A DNA stretch of 64,000 nt from Macrostomum lignano (taxonomy: Eukaryota): positions 248,001-312,000 of the forward strand of contig NIVC01000581.1 in NCBI GenBank assembly GCA_002269645.1, read 5' to 3'. The translations under genes were made by a program, and so were the position numbers. Below the pieces are notes generated by a model, which saw only the letters and a list, made by a program, of their open reading frames with translations, was not told where the DNA came from and did not search any database. This document shows positions 22,991 to 35,105 of this stretch, in pieces; positions within the stretch are counted from its first letter, which is position 1, and the number at the start of each line of letters is the position of its first letter.

Positions 22991-24472
22991 ATGGCCGAGA
23001 CAAAAACCATTTGGAGTGATAAATTTCATTTCAAAAAACAACGACAGTATATCAATGAGGTCAGATCAAGAGATTTAAATTACACCCAACCAACAAGCGA
23101 TAATTCAAATAACTTTACAACGGGAACAGTAACTTTTGACATTGGTGCAACCAGCAGCATATTGGATATGAAAAATGCGTTTTTCCGAGTTAGGTGGTTG
23201 TATACCAGAAACGATGGAACAGCCCTTACAGCCCCCGATATCGCTGATCGCGCTGGCATTATTATAGAAAATGATTGGTTTTATAAATGTTTTTCCCAAG
23301 CACAACTAACCATTAACGGAGCCGAGGTTGAGACGGCTACAAACCCAGCAGAGATTAATGGAGTTTTGAAACATTTAAATTATACATATTTATCAAAACA
23401 GGTTGGTGATAACGTTGGATGGATGCCTGATAAGGGAGATGGTAGACCATGGATTTTTCCCCAAATAACACCAGCAGCTGGCGCAGACACCGCAGCTCTT
23501 ATTAATTATTTAAATAATAATATAGTTCCGGTTGTAACGGATCTAACCAACACCAAAAATATAAACACTGGTTTTATAGACCGTCGGAATAAATTCCCAG
23601 TCGCGGTTTTAACCACAGCAACCGCTTATGAGGAAGACTTTTCAATCTTTCCACTATTTGGGTTTTTCTCACCAAATCGGGTATGGAAGGGATTAAAATT
23701 TGGGGTACAACTGCAAATATCTGGTGGATATCAGCCCAGGATACTTTTTGGAAGTTCAACCTCAACCGATATTGCAGTTCGAATTGTTTCGATTAAATTA
23801 GTTGTGCCAACTATCGAGGTAACTGCTCCGCTTTTAAAACATATTGATGATCAGATAATGTTAGACCAGGATATATTTTATTTGAATCGCCGCCACTTTA
23901 TGCGAACCATTAATAACAATCAGGATTCATTCCAGTGGCAAATCATACAAACAAAACGTCGGGTGAGGTATATTTTTATTTGGTTTAAAATACCAAACAG
24001 AACTAGCAAAAGAGGAAACGGTGATTTATATTGGCTTCAATCTGGTGATGTAGCAGCTCAAGCAGCCACCGCAAGTGACAACGCGCTTTCGGCGATTAAC
24101 ACATTTAATCTTCAGAACATCCGACTGCAGGTTGATGATCAATATTATCCTGTTAAAAACCCCCTTAATCTAAATGTTGGAAATAATGATGTTAATGATT
24201 TTATAAAATATTATCAGGATTACGTCAAAAACGAAGCCTACGCCATTCCTCAATATACTCCCACAGAGTTTCTAAACATTCACCCCGTGGTTGTTTTTGA
24301 TCTAACCGCACAGAAAGCAAATGTAGCAAATATTGGTTTGAATTATATGTTGGAGATTAATAAAACTGGAAATCAGGCAGTAGACGCCCACGCATTGTTT
24401 CTAGAGGAGTATATGGCGATTGCTAAAGCCGACGGCACCGTTGTTCAGGACGCCCCCATAGGAAAAAGTTAG
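22991..24472 (+). CDS. Major capsid protein (double jelly-roll, Polinton PY/hexon-like), 493 aa
   Basis: Intact ORF of MCP size next to ATPase and minor capsid; beta-rich pattern (VTFDI, FFRVRW, IVSIKLVVP, YIFIWF, VVVFDL). Confidence 0.85.
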   Translation: MAETKTIWSDKFHFKKQRQYINEVRSRDLNYTQPTSDNSNNFTTGTVTFDIGATSSILDMKNAFFRVRWLYTRNDGTALTAPDIADRAGIIIENDWFYKCFSQAQLTINGAEVETATNPAEINGVLKHLNYTYLSKQVGDNVGWMPDKGDGRPWIFPQITPAAGADTAALINYLNNNIVPVVTDLTNTKNINTGFIDRRNKFPVAVLTTATAYEEDFSIFPLFGFFSPNRVWKGLKFGVQLQISGGYQPRILFGSSTSTDIAVRIVSIKLVVPTIEVTAPLLKHIDDQIMLDQDIFYLNRRHFMRTINNNQDSFQWQIIQTKRRVRYIFIWFKIPNRTSKRGNGDLYWLQSGDVAAQAATASDNALSAINTFNLQNIRLQVDDQYYPVKNPLNLNVGNNDVNDFIKYYQDYVKNEAYAIPQYTPTEFLNIHPVVVFDLTAQKANVANIGLNYMLEINKTGNQAVDAHALFLEEYMAIAKADGTVVQDAPIGKS

Positions 24473-24492
24473 TTAATTTATTTCCTTAAAAA

Positions 24493-25263
24493 ATGGTAAA
24501 GCCAAAACATAATAAAATATTTCCCAACGACCCTTTTCTTTGTTTAGTTGTTGGAGGATCAGGTAAAGGAAAAACACACTTTGTTTATGATTTATTAACA
24601 ACCAATGGAATGTTAGATTATAATAATTTAATAATATATACAAATAGACCTAGAATAAAATATTATGAATTTCTTAAACATGGATTAAAAAACAAACTAA
24701 AAAAAGATATTTTATTTAGAATGTTAAGAGCATATGAGCAATATGAGGACGACGATGAACCAAAATTCAAACTTTCTGACATTGAGGGTTTATGTAGAGA
24801 AACTGCGCAGAATCCAGAAAACGTCGACAACAACTCCCCAACGATCCAAATATCAAACAGATTAACCTATGATAAAATCCCAAAAGACGATAAAACATTA
24901 ATTGTATTTGATGATTGTATTTATGATGGTGATCAAGAGTTGCAAAAAGAAATTTTTGTTAGCGGCAGAGGAGATGGAATTGGGGCATTTTATCTTACTC
25001 AATCCTTTAGAGAATTAGATTCAATTATAAAAAAGAATGCTAGCTGTTGTGTAATGTTTGATCTAGATAACTATGATTTAAAAAATATACACGTGAGATT
25101 TAACCCTGGTTTAGATCCAAAACCATTCAAAAGCATGTGTAAAAAAATTTGGGATGACAACCAATACAAACATATTTATATCAACACTAGGTTAGAAAGG
25201 AGAAATAGAATCTTACAAAATTTGATACACGAGGAAGAGGAAGAGGAAGAGGACGAGGAGTAA
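24493..25263 (+). CDS. A32/FtsK-like DNA packaging ATPase, 256 aa
   Basis: Walker A GGSGKGKT, Walker B IVFDD, YLTQSF. Confidence 0.93.
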   Translation: MVKPKHNKIFPNDPFLCLVVGGSGKGKTHFVYDLLTTNGMLDYNNLIIYTNRPRIKYYEFLKHGLKNKLKKDILFRMLRAYEQYEDDDEPKFKLSDIEGLCRETAQNPENVDNNSPTIQISNRLTYDKIPKDDKTLIVFDDCIYDGDQELQKEIFVSGRGDGIGAFYLTQSFRELDSIIKKNASCCVMFDLDNYDLKNIHVRFNPGLDPKPFKSMCKKIWDDNQYKHIYINTRLERRNRILQNLIHEEEEEEEDEE

Positions 25264-25297
25264 TGGTCGGACTTTGGTACTAATTCACACTATAAAA

Positions 25298-26083
25298 ATG
25301 GCAGTGAACCTCGATACAATAAAACAAGTGGTTGATAGAACCAACGCAAGATTTAGTACGACTTTACAATTTGTAATGACAAGCAGCGAGCAAAGGATTC
25401 AATTACGTAACCCACTAACTCTTGATCAGACATTAAGTTATGAAATTGGTTTAATAATGTTTTCAGTTTTTAACATGCCTCAATTGATTAATGCAACAAA
25501 TAATCAATTTAGATATTCTAAAGATTCAGGAGCAAATTGGACAACCATTACTATAACACCGGGCGCATATAACTATACTGATTTGAATACCGTAATACAA
25601 GCTGAGTTAACAGATAATAGTGATTGGGTAGCAGACGCGATTGTTATAGGAGTTGATTTACCATCAGGCAGATTCACACTTACGTTAGCAGCCGGATATC
25701 AGGTTGATTTTACAATTGCCAATTCACTTAGAACCATATTAGGATTTAATTCCCGAATCGTTACCACATCAACCACGGGCGATACCGTGGGAAATATTGA
25801 AGGCGGAGTCAACACAATTAATATTACAACCGATATTTCAAATGGTGGTTATATAACAGATGATAACGGATTCTTGGTTCAGCGCGGAATTATTTATTCA
25901 ATTCCATTTTTAGCTGTGCCAATTGGGGATAAAATGATAGTTGCACCTCAAACCCCAATTTATTATCCACTAAATCAATATAATTTACAATCAATTTATA
26001 TAAGAGTTGTAGATGATTCGGATCGACTTATTAGTTTTGGCGGACAAGCAATAACAATAATTTTAAGAATAAAACAGGTTTAA
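25298..26083 (+). CDS. Minor capsid protein (penton-like), 261 aa
   Basis: ATG in TATAAAAATG at 25298; ITITPGAYN, LGF, IYYPL, IRVVDDSDRLISFGG pattern typical of Polinton mCP. Confidence 0.8.
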   Translation: MAVNLDTIKQVVDRTNARFSTTLQFVMTSSEQRIQLRNPLTLDQTLSYEIGLIMFSVFNMPQLINATNNQFRYSKDSGANWTTITITPGAYNYTDLNTVIQAELTDNSDWVADAIVIGVDLPSGRFTLTLAAGYQVDFTIANSLRTILGFNSRIVTTSTTGDTVGNIEGGVNTINITTDISNGGYITDDNGFLVQRGIIYSIPFLAVPIGDKMIVAPQTPIYYPLNQYNLQSIYIRVVDDSDRLISFGGQAITIILRIKQV

Positions 26084-26093
26084 TATTCTAAAA

Positions 26094-26303
26094 ATGGGTA
26101 ATAGTACCGAAGGTATGATAAAAAATCAAATGGTAAAAGTTCAAAAAGCAAAAGATAATTATGAAATCGAATTAACAAAATTGAAACATCTACAAGCCGA
26201 AAAAACAAGACAGGAACTATTAAAACCCGCGGATAGTCGCCACGTAGTGTCGCGGACTTTGTCCGAGAAACTAACAAAAACAAAGAGTTTTTCAGGAACA
26301 TAA
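26094..26303 (+). CDS. Small coiled-coil protein, 69 aa
   Basis: TAAAAATG start; tightly packed between neighbours. Confidence 0.55.
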   Translation: MGNSTEGMIKNQMVKVQKAKDNYEIELTKLKHLQAEKTRQELLKPADSRHVVSRTLSEKLTKTKSFSGT

Positions 26304-26304
26304 A

Positions 26305-26737
26305 ATGACTATGAGTTGGAATCAGTTCAAACAAAGATATGGAACGGACACAACAAGTAATATTGAATTGACAAACTGGGCGCGGCAATTAAAAATAAAA
26401 CCATTCAGATGTGTTATGCGCGATGAGATAAAAGACTTACCACGATATGGATCTTTCATTGTCAATATTGAAACAACCAAAGAAAATGGTGTACATTGGT
26501 CAGCAGTTTATTCAAAACCCAAACTCGTTTATTTTTTTGATTCATTTGGCCTACCCCCGTTGCATGAAATAAAAGACAAATTTAAATACTAAAAATCGAT
26601 TATGTGGAGATTATCACGAACAGTTTCAAACCTTTGATAAAAGTTATTGTGGACAGGCGGCGTTGTATTTTTTATATAAAATTCGTAACTCGAAAGAAAC
26701 TCCAGAGGATTTTAAAAACATATTGGATTCATTTTAA
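26305..26737 (+). pseudogene. Adenain-like cysteine protease with a 1-nt frameshift at ~26590
   Basis: GVHWSAV (His), YFFDSFG (Asp), and after the shift QFQTFDKSYCG (Gln/Cys). Confidence 0.9.
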
Positions 26738-26760
26738 TATGGTAAAAATGGACTCTAAAA

Positions 26761-28754
26761 ATGTTATTTAGTGGAACACCCTCATGGAACGGAACTTCAA
26801 GAACTGGCGGCGGAGAATCGAGTGGAATAAGTGTTACATTTGGAGACAACCGATATATAAATAAAGACGAAGGTTATAAAAAAGTGAAATCGATACTAAA
26901 TTAAATTTAAAACGGAATGTTGCAGATTCCTATACCAAAACTCAAATCGATAATTCATTAAATTTAAAACGCAATACTGCGGATTCATATAGCAAGACGG
27001 AAATAGATAATTCATTAAATTTAAAACGTAATATATTAGATTCTTATAGTCAAGCCGAAGTTGATTTCGAACTTAATTTAAAACGGAATGTGGCAGATTC
27101 ATATACCAAAACGGAAATTGATAATTCATTAAATTTAAAAAGAGATATAACCGATTCTTATACCAAAACCGAGGTTGATAATTCGTTAAATTTAAAAAGA
27201 GATATAAGCGATTCCTATAGTCAAACTCAAATAGATAACTCCTTAAATTTGAAACGAAATGTCGCGGATTCTTATACCAAAACCGAGGTTGATAATATAG
27301 TCGGGAGCGGAACCCCAAAACAAGATAGGTTCCAAACCGTTCAAACCGGTCATGTACCAACAATGGCTGCTTGGAGTGGAAACGGTTTTGCGATCACAGC
27401 AAGCTCGGCATTTAATACAACCAGCTTTGCAAGTTGGAAAGCTTTTGATGGGGACGACGCAACGGATTGGGCAACTAATGCAACACAAACAGATTACTGG
27501 ATTCAAGTCCAATGTCCATCCGCGATAATGTGTTATAAAATTGATTTGCGTGGTAGACCGTCGCCCTCAACCGAGCACCCTGCTTCATGGCGATTTGAAG
27601 GAAGTAATGACAATACAAGTTATGATGTTTTGATTCCGGCGGCGAGTTCGGCGGAGTTAAATAATTCAACCCAAACATTTAATGTCACACAAAATTTTGA
27701 TAAAGAATATTCATATTTCAAATTGTTTTGTCTTACATCAACATCGGGTTCAACCAATCCAGGCTTATCAACATTTCAGATTTACAGGCAGACTTTTACC
27801 GTTATTGATTTGAATTTAGGAGCAGTAAATCAGTCTATTGATATGGGTGGTAATACAATTACTAATATATCTACTATAAACGATAACACATCTGTTGTGA
27901 CTAAAGGTTATGTCGATACGGTTGTAACACAAACGGCGGACGGTAGAATGTCTTTTAATGATAAAATTAAATTGGATGGTATTCCGGCAATTGATGCCGC
28001 TTTATATGAGCCAGTAATATGTAATTGGAATGGCTATCAAAACCCAACAACTGCTGGCGATATTTTTCCAACTGGGTCTATGGTTGGAAATGCGATTTAT
28101 ATTGATTATCAAAACGGCGCAAGAATTACTGACGAAGGCGCTGGACTCAATGGAGCGTTACAATTTAATTTCACCCATTTCCGTAATGTTTCTGTCTCCT
28201 TCTATTTCCGAGTTGCTAATGCTGCGGGTGGTGGAGCTGGTGCAGACGCCGTTTAGTTTTATGCTTACTGCCACCAACGACCAACAACGGAATATGGATC
28301 TGATTTAACAACCGACGCCGGCTTAATAGTGTTTGCTAGTGAATGGCATGACAGATTCGGCTTGCTTTGGAGTAATAAAAAAGCTGACGGAGCAACCGTC
28401 CGCAATGACGTTCTAAATGACGCCGACCAAACTGTAACCTATGCCAATATTGATAATGGCAATTGGCATCTTTTTGAAATTAATATTCTTAATCAAAGAG
28501 TTTGGTATCAGTTAAGCTCATACAATGTTGCTGGAGATTCTTTGACACTAATTGGGCAAAATGTTTTTACGTATGATAGTGGCACTTGGGGAGATCTAGA
28601 TAAATCCGGAACGCTTATGGGGTTTGGTGCTCGAACCGGAGGAGCGGATGCGGCGCATTTTATTCGTGGAGCAATAGTTTGTGGTAGTACATCATTTGGT
28701 TATACTTTTCCATCTACTCCTTATTTGGAAAGGCCGCCGGTAGCTATCAGCTAA
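26761..28754 (+). pseudogene. Fibre/receptor-binding-like protein: 19-aa repeats, discoidin (F5/8C)-like domain, L-type-lectin-like C-terminus. 1-nt deletion at ~26880 and TAG at 28254-28256.
   Basis: 7+ copies of SYTKTEIDNSLNLKRNVAD; ASSAF...WKAFDGD...W...YWIQV...FEGSND; GADAV*FY...GFGARTGG; ORFs 27090 and 28329 share a frame. Confidence 0.7.
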
Positions 28755-28804
28755 AGCTGCGACCCTACGGGGCGATAAGTTAGTCTAAAATATTTCTATA
28801 TAAA

Positions 28805-29134
28805 ATGGCTTTTAGCAGAACTCCATCAATGCGGCAAGGTAATAATATTATTATTCCGATTCCTAAACAAGAATCAAATATAAAAACTTTTAGATCTCAT
28901 ACCAAAATTTTATTTAGCGGAGTGAATGTTCAAGACAATAAGAAACTTCAGGAGTTAATTAAATTATTAAAAAACCATATTATATTACAAGAGTTTTGGA
29001 AGATTGGATTTAAATGGGAGAAAAAAGAAAGAATAACTCCAATCCAATACTTATTGAGCGCTGGACAGATTCCTAAGGAGCGTGGGGAATTCATTTTGGT
29101 GTTATTAAAAATAGACAAAAATGTCGGTGTCTGA
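28805..29134 (+). CDS. Polinton hypothetical protein, 109 aa
   Basis: TATAAAATG start; intact. Confidence 0.6.
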   Translation: MAFSRTPSMRQGNNIIIPIPKQESNIKTFRSHTKILFSGVNVQDNKKLQELIKLLKNHIILQEFWKIGFKWEKKERITPIQYLLSAGQIPKERGEFILVLLKIDKNVGV

Positions 29135-29803
29135 AGCGGACAGAAAAGAGCGCGATCTATTTAACCAACGTAAAGGACGCATGTTAAGTAATGTCGATCG
29201 AATAAATTATGATTATGATTTATATAGTAAAAAATTAAGAAAGCTTTCAAACCATATCAGGAATATGGATTTTTTCAATATTGGTTTTGGAAGTTTATCA
29301 ATGTTATGTGTAATCGTTTTGGGTATTTTGCAATCGATTCCAACTATTAATTTATCTCAATTATTTTTAGGTATTTCAATTGGTTCAATATCAGGTTTTG
29401 AATTAATAATAAACTTATCAATTCTTTTGGCAATTAAACTATATCTTAAAAAAGAAAGGATAAATATAAATCACTAAGAGATGTTGCTAAACAATATAAA
29501 AATCAGTTATATTTATATGTGCAAAAAATATTAGATGATGGAGAGATTACAATATATGAGTTAACAACCGCGGTTGAGTTATATGATAAATATTTAAAAG
29601 ATAGAAATCGAATTTTAGATATTGAAGCTTTTACCGATATGGAATTGAAAGAATTAAGACTTGACAAACCGAACCCTCCACCTATAGAAACGATCGGACA
29701 AAGTCCGCGTTCCTTCGGAACGATGGAGTACCAGCCTGAGGTTATAGCTGATGGTGTACAAAGCCCACGGTCAGGTAGCACGATAGAACTTCAGGTTGTG
29801 TAA
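29121..29803 (+). pseudogene. Two-TM membrane protein, frameshifted at ~29470
   Basis: Two hydrophobic helices; the downstream frame is open from ~29475 (LRDVAKQYKNQLYLYVQKIL) to 29803. Confidence 0.55.
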
Positions 29804-29827
29804 TTTATTAAAAATATATTCTAAAAA

Positions 29828-30175
29828 ATGGATCAAGGAATAATACATAAAGTTATTTTGGATGCGAACTCCTGCCCGTCTACCAAAGATGTAACCTTTT
29901 ACGTAACGAAAGAAGAATTAAATGTAGAGGATAAAATCCTTTTTAAAATGGCTTCGGTAGATGGTATAAATATATATACGCAGATGTTGGATGGTTCTTA
30001 TCCATGCTACTTTTTTGGTGTATATATTATTAAAAATTATGTTAGGGGGTTGGTTGGTATTCCCCAAAAAAACCTGCCACAATATATGCAAGAAGAATTT
30101 GTTTTATATGGTGCTCCATTTAGTATTAAAAGTGTGGAAATAATTAATTTAGAGAGTTTAAGAAATTCTATGTAG
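29828..30175 (+). CDS. Polinton hypothetical protein, 115 aa
   Basis: TAAAAAATG start; intact. Confidence 0.6.
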   Translation: MDQGIIHKVILDANSCPSTKDVTFYVTKEELNVEDKILFKMASVDGINIYTQMLDGSYPCYFFGVYIIKNYVRGLVGIPQKNLPQYMQEEFVLYGAPFSIKSVEIINLESLRNSM

Positions 30176-30698
30176 ACCCATCAGTAACTTTTTTAATACA
30201 TAAGTTATATATTCTTCCCACAATGGTAATTGCCTTTTGATTCGAGGTTCAAATTTTTTATCAATACATAAAAATACCAATGACTTTTTCAATAACATTT
30301 CACTTGGGATATTTCTGATCCTTATATGTTTTGTGTTCTCTCTCATAAGAAAATTGAAATAATATCCAACCAGAGTTAAAATCCTCTCGGAGTCTTTCGA
30401 ACTTAATCCTTTTCCTTTATTTAAATGAAAAAAGTTATTATATAAATAAACATTATTTCCGGGGATGGCATTAATTTGTGTGCCGTCTGGCATTTGAAGG
30501 GATGGGTGTGAAATGTCACATGATAAATTTCTTATAATTGTGTTTTTGAAATAGTAATATGAGTTTTCAATCTTTTTTGTTTTTTTCAAATTGATATATC
30601 TTAGCGCATGAATAACACATGTGATATATATCTCAATTTGCTGTTTGTCCTCTTTGCATAGTAATATTACATTTATTACATTCATATCTGTGTTTCAT
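30158..30698 (-). pseudogene. Hypothetical protein, probably with an N-terminal CxxC...CxxC zinc ribbon, disrupted
   Basis: AAAAAAATG at 30698 reads MKHRYECNKC...AN*DIYHMCYSC; the C-terminal part is in the 30158-30685 frame. Confidence 0.4.
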
Positions 30699-30724
30699 TT
30701 TTTTATTATTTTTTTAGAATAAAA

Positions 30725-31048
30725 ATGGAAACCTGGTTCAAAACCGATTCTAATAAAATTAATTTTCTAACCACCAATTCTCTGGTGCCGAAGGAGTATG
30801 ATATAATATGTTTAAGACAGGTTAAATTTATCGGAATTCAATCGATATTTTTACAACTAAACGGTGGAACAATACTATGCTTAAGCGGCGATGAGGTTAA
30901 AGAATTCCCAACGATTGTTATAAATAAACCTAAAACTTTTATTATGAAATACTCACCAACGGATGGTTTGCAATTTAAACAAAGACAAGCAATAAACAAA
31001 AAGGTTGACAGGACTGTAAAATTGGCTGCTGTTTGGGAGGAAGACTAA
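30725..31048 (+). CDS. Polinton hypothetical protein, 107 aa
   Basis: TAAAAATG start; intact. Confidence 0.6.
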   Translation: METWFKTDSNKINFLTTNSLVPKEYDIICLRQVKFIGIQSIFLQLNGGTILCLSGDEVKEFPTIVINKPKTFIMKYSPTDGLQFKQRQAINKKVDRTVKLAAVWEED

Positions 31049-31063
31049 ATTTTTTATAAGAAA

Positions 31064-31329
31064 ATGGCGAGCGTAAAAAACCTTCTGTGCACTCACAATA
31101 AAGAAATGAATGATATTAATAAAAAATTAAATATAATTAACGAACAGAAATATAGTGATTATGGAGACCGAACGAAGTTCGCGTATCTTTACGATGATAT
31201 GTTTCCGATTCGATATGAATTAGAAAAAAGAGAACTTTTATAAAAGCCGCAATTGCTTATGCTGAAACCGTTATTGAAAATGAGATAGATCGTCTTGTTA
31301 GACGAATAAAAATACTTCGAAAAAAGTAA
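31064..31329 (+). pseudogene. Small helical protein, frameshifted at ~31240
   Basis: AAAATG start; continuation KAAIAYAETVIENEID in a shifted frame. Confidence 0.4.
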
Positions 31330-31424
31330 AAGAGTGTTTAAGTTATCCTGACGATTGCGAAGATAATTGGTGTTCTATAAAATATGAAATGGAAATGGAT
31401 ATTCTACTTAAGGAATTACATGCT

Positions 31425-34400
31425 TTAGTTTTTTATAAGTGCTAGTTCATCAATATCAAACTCAAAACAATTATAATCAACATCAAAAAGTAAGCTGTTA
31501 TAATATTCAATTGTATGTTCATGTTCCGGTTTGTCATCAAAATAATTTTTAAAGAATGGTTTCATAATTCCTTTTTTATCCGGTTTTTCTCTTTTATAAG
31601 TATTAATTGATGGTGTATATGTTTTTGATATAAAACCTTGACCAATTGTTATACCACCTTCAAACGATCGTTTCCATGGGGCGTTATTATTTACTTTTAT
31701 TGATTGACCATCATATAAAGTTTTAAACGATGCAAAATTAACCCTATCGTTTGCACAACCTTTAAATGTTTTTTTCTCTTCCAATATAAAACCGTCTTTC
31801 AACAAAAGACAATATTTAATTTTAGGAGCGATAAAATATCCGAATATAATTCCGCCCTCTCCATAATCGTTTTTTCCTTGACTTAAATTATTTCCGACGT
31901 GCCCATTTTTATTTAATGTATCCCAATGTTTTTTATGTATATATAATGAATCGGTGTCTCCGTAATAAATTTCTGGATTCTTTGATCCGTCGATTGATGT
32001 GATAAAATTATTCATAATTCTTCTTGAATGAGCTAAAATAAATATGCCTAATTGAGCAGAACAAAGTCCGGTTGTTGGATTGTCGTCGTCTTCTATATAT
32101 TCTTGCGTGTCTTTCTTTTTTTCTACATAAAATAAGTCGTCACATATTTTCTCATATGACTTGATTGTGTCGTCGTATTCATTTTTTAATGTATTCAAAT
32201 TCCAGAGATGTGTTGTGAAAGTAATGTCTCTTTGAACTGTTTTACCATATAATGAATTTAATAGTGTTTTTATCAATTCAGAACCCGCCTCATTATTTTC
32301 TTTTTTAAATACTTTTCTCATTTTTTCTCATTTCAAAAAGATTTGTAATATAATTCTGAAACGGAGAGAAATCGTAATTTTTCTCATATACAATTCCACT
32401 ATATATCTTTAATATTTTACCACCCATTCTTACGATTTCTTGTATGTCTACCGAGCAAAGGGTGTCGATTACCTTTCCGTTTCTGAACCTATTTAATGTT
32501 TTTGTTTCGTTTGCTTTTGTCTCCGGATTATAAAATTTCTCTTTGTCCTTAGATGGGAGATGCTGAAGAAAAACGGTGTTAGGATTTTCATACATAATCT
32601 TTAAAATCGCTGTTTTTGGTCGAAACGTTTGGGAATTAAACTGTGACAAAAAATATTTTTCCTCGCTTATATCAAACACCCTACCACTTTCTGCTCTTGG
32701 GTATTCACTATCTTTATCAGACATGGCGGATGGGTACAATGACACCCCATCAAAGTTCATTAAACAATCAGATACAGTACCCAATTCGTTTTTTAATTTA
32801 ATTGCAATTTTCTTTTTTTCTTCCATATCGCTTTTGAGATAAGTTGATATAACCTCGCATGGGTCGGCTGTTGGTGTTTTTAAGTGGTCTTTTACAACGT
32901 CTACAATTGTTTGAAAACATTCGCTTTCGTATTTATTTATTAGTGCAAATACTCTGCCTCCTTTGACTGCCTCCCGCATAAATCTTCTTATATAGGGGTC
33001 AATATGAGAGTAAACAGAAAATTCTTTTCTTAATAATGTTTGATATTTCGTTTTTTCAAGCTTAGACAAGTCAAAATAATCTTCTATTTTCAATGGAGAA
33101 ATTATTTGTTCGACTTTCTTAATATAGTTGGTTTTTTCTTTTGTCTTTAGGTATTCTTTCATTTTGTCTTCCACTCTAACAAAATCTTTAAACCAACATT
33201 TTAATGTTAAACTTGAACATGTAAGAGTATCAAACATTGTCATGCCTCCAATTGCATATGCGATTTCGTTATACTTATGAATACAAGCACACAAAGAAAT
33301 AAGATCAAATTGTAAATATTCATACCATTCATCAATCCGTTCTAGATAATCGTCCTCAGTAATGTCATGCACCATTGATGTCTTGCGCAAATCCTCTCTA
33401 ATTGTCATTGACGAACAAAACTTTTTTAAACTCATTGAGGCGTGTTGATATGAACAAAGCATCGTAATGGTTTGTTTTGAATCCTTATGTTTCTTCTTTT
33501 TATCTTTGTTTATAAACGCTGATACCTCTTTTGACATATAATCATTAACAAAAGTTATTGATAATATTCCTCTGGGGGTTTTAAGAATTTTAATTGGTTT
33601 TATGTTGCAAAATAGTGGTATATAAGAATCAAAGCGGGATGAGTTATGGGCGATCAAAACAATCTTTTTTGACTTAACTGAACCAAGGTATTTAAACATT
33701 TTTCTAACGCAGTCCGTTTTTGTTCCGTCTGTTTTGAAATCACATCCGCGATCTGAAATCAAGATCTTAGTTAATTTCTTTATCGACTCTGGGCTTTCGT
33801 TACAATTATTAGAAAAGTCATTATAGTTTAAAAGACCAACAGCATACGGACATGCTTGTTGATTATCGTTTAAATATGTTTCAAAATCAAATATGTATAC
33901 GTTTGATTTATTTGGATTTGTCGGAGTATTAAACATTTTTATCTCTTGCACACTATCCGATTTTGGGTTTTTAAATACTACTTTATAATTCTCTTTTATC
34001 CAATCAAGACCAATTCCTCGTTGTTTATTGGATATGAGGCAATAATGTCCAATATGATAATCAGCTGCGTGGTAGTAATTTATTAATAACCAATCGTGGT
34101 GGATGCCTCTTTGTGACTTTGGTTCTATTCCCCGATTATTAGGGTTATACATAAACCTATGTTCAAATTAAAATGCTCATTGAATTTTCCAATTCTTGAA
34201 TTTGTCATTATGCCTCTTTGAGTTCTTGAGTTGTACAACCAAGCGCCATATTCTTCTTTAGACGGTGTGTTATCACCATAAATAAATTTAACACACTTAT
34301 AGAAGCAATTACCATCACTAGGTATGAAACAATACTCATCCTGATACTCTGCAATTTCACACATGACGTTTGTGCCCATACCTTGCTTTGACCTTTCGTG

Positions 34401-35018
34401 TTTAATCGTAATGACGTTTGGTGTCATTTTAAGTCTTCCAGAAAACACGCTTAGATTCATATCATAGTTTTCTACCAAATGTTTAAACCAAGCTTGAAAC
34501 TGACTTATATTATAAAATGTTGCTAAGTATTGATTAATTTCTTCCCGATCATCGCCGGTTTTGTTATAAAAATATTGTACTCTCGCGTTAGTAATTTCAA
34601 CACTATATCCGTTTGAAAGTTGTGTTTCAATAAAGTCTAAGACATTCTGCATTGGTTCAAACCTATATACTCGAATAAATTCTTCTAGTGGTTGTTCAGA
34701 CGATTTAATGTTTGTTTTCCGACGTTGGGTTTTCTTTTGATTTTTTTCTAGCTCTGCTATTCTTTTTTCATATTCGGCCTTTTCTATTAATCGTTTCATT
34801 TCATATTCTGCCCTTATATCATTTGCTAATGCTTTTATTTGTTGTTCTTGTATTTCTCTTTCTCTTTGTCTCTCTCTTTGTCTTTGTCTTGCTCTTTGCC
34901 GACGGTGCTGTCTTTGGCGCTGTTCAATTTGTTCAACCTGTCTTTGTAATCGATTGAACTGTTCGCGCTCGTTTGCAAGAAGTTGTCGAATCTGATCTGG
35001 GGTCAGTCTTTGTTCCAT
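31425..35018 (-). pseudogene. Protein-primed family B DNA polymerase in three pieces (frameshift at ~34150; 10-bp duplication at 32313-32332)
   Basis: Exo I IFDFET, Exo II AHNSSRFD, Exo III YLQFD, KGGRV, DGVSLYPSAM, KTLLNSLYGK, YGDTDS. Confidence 0.95.
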
Positions 35019-35105
35019 TTTATAGAATAAAATTTATACAATATTTACTACCCTACTCGAGTTGCGCTTTTGGTAAAATTAGCCCGCTGCCTGAAACGTT
35101 TGCAT

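Noticed and set aside
20264-30640. Alternative genetic code or programmed read-through for the in-frame stops
   Set aside because: Both TAG and TGA occur at probable Trp positions alongside frameshifts, and intact genes end in TAA/TAG; ordinary decay is simpler
31425-35018. Inteins or further introns at the PolB breaks
   Set aside because: The breaks are a small frameshift and a 10-bp duplication with no inserted sequence or ribozyme motifs
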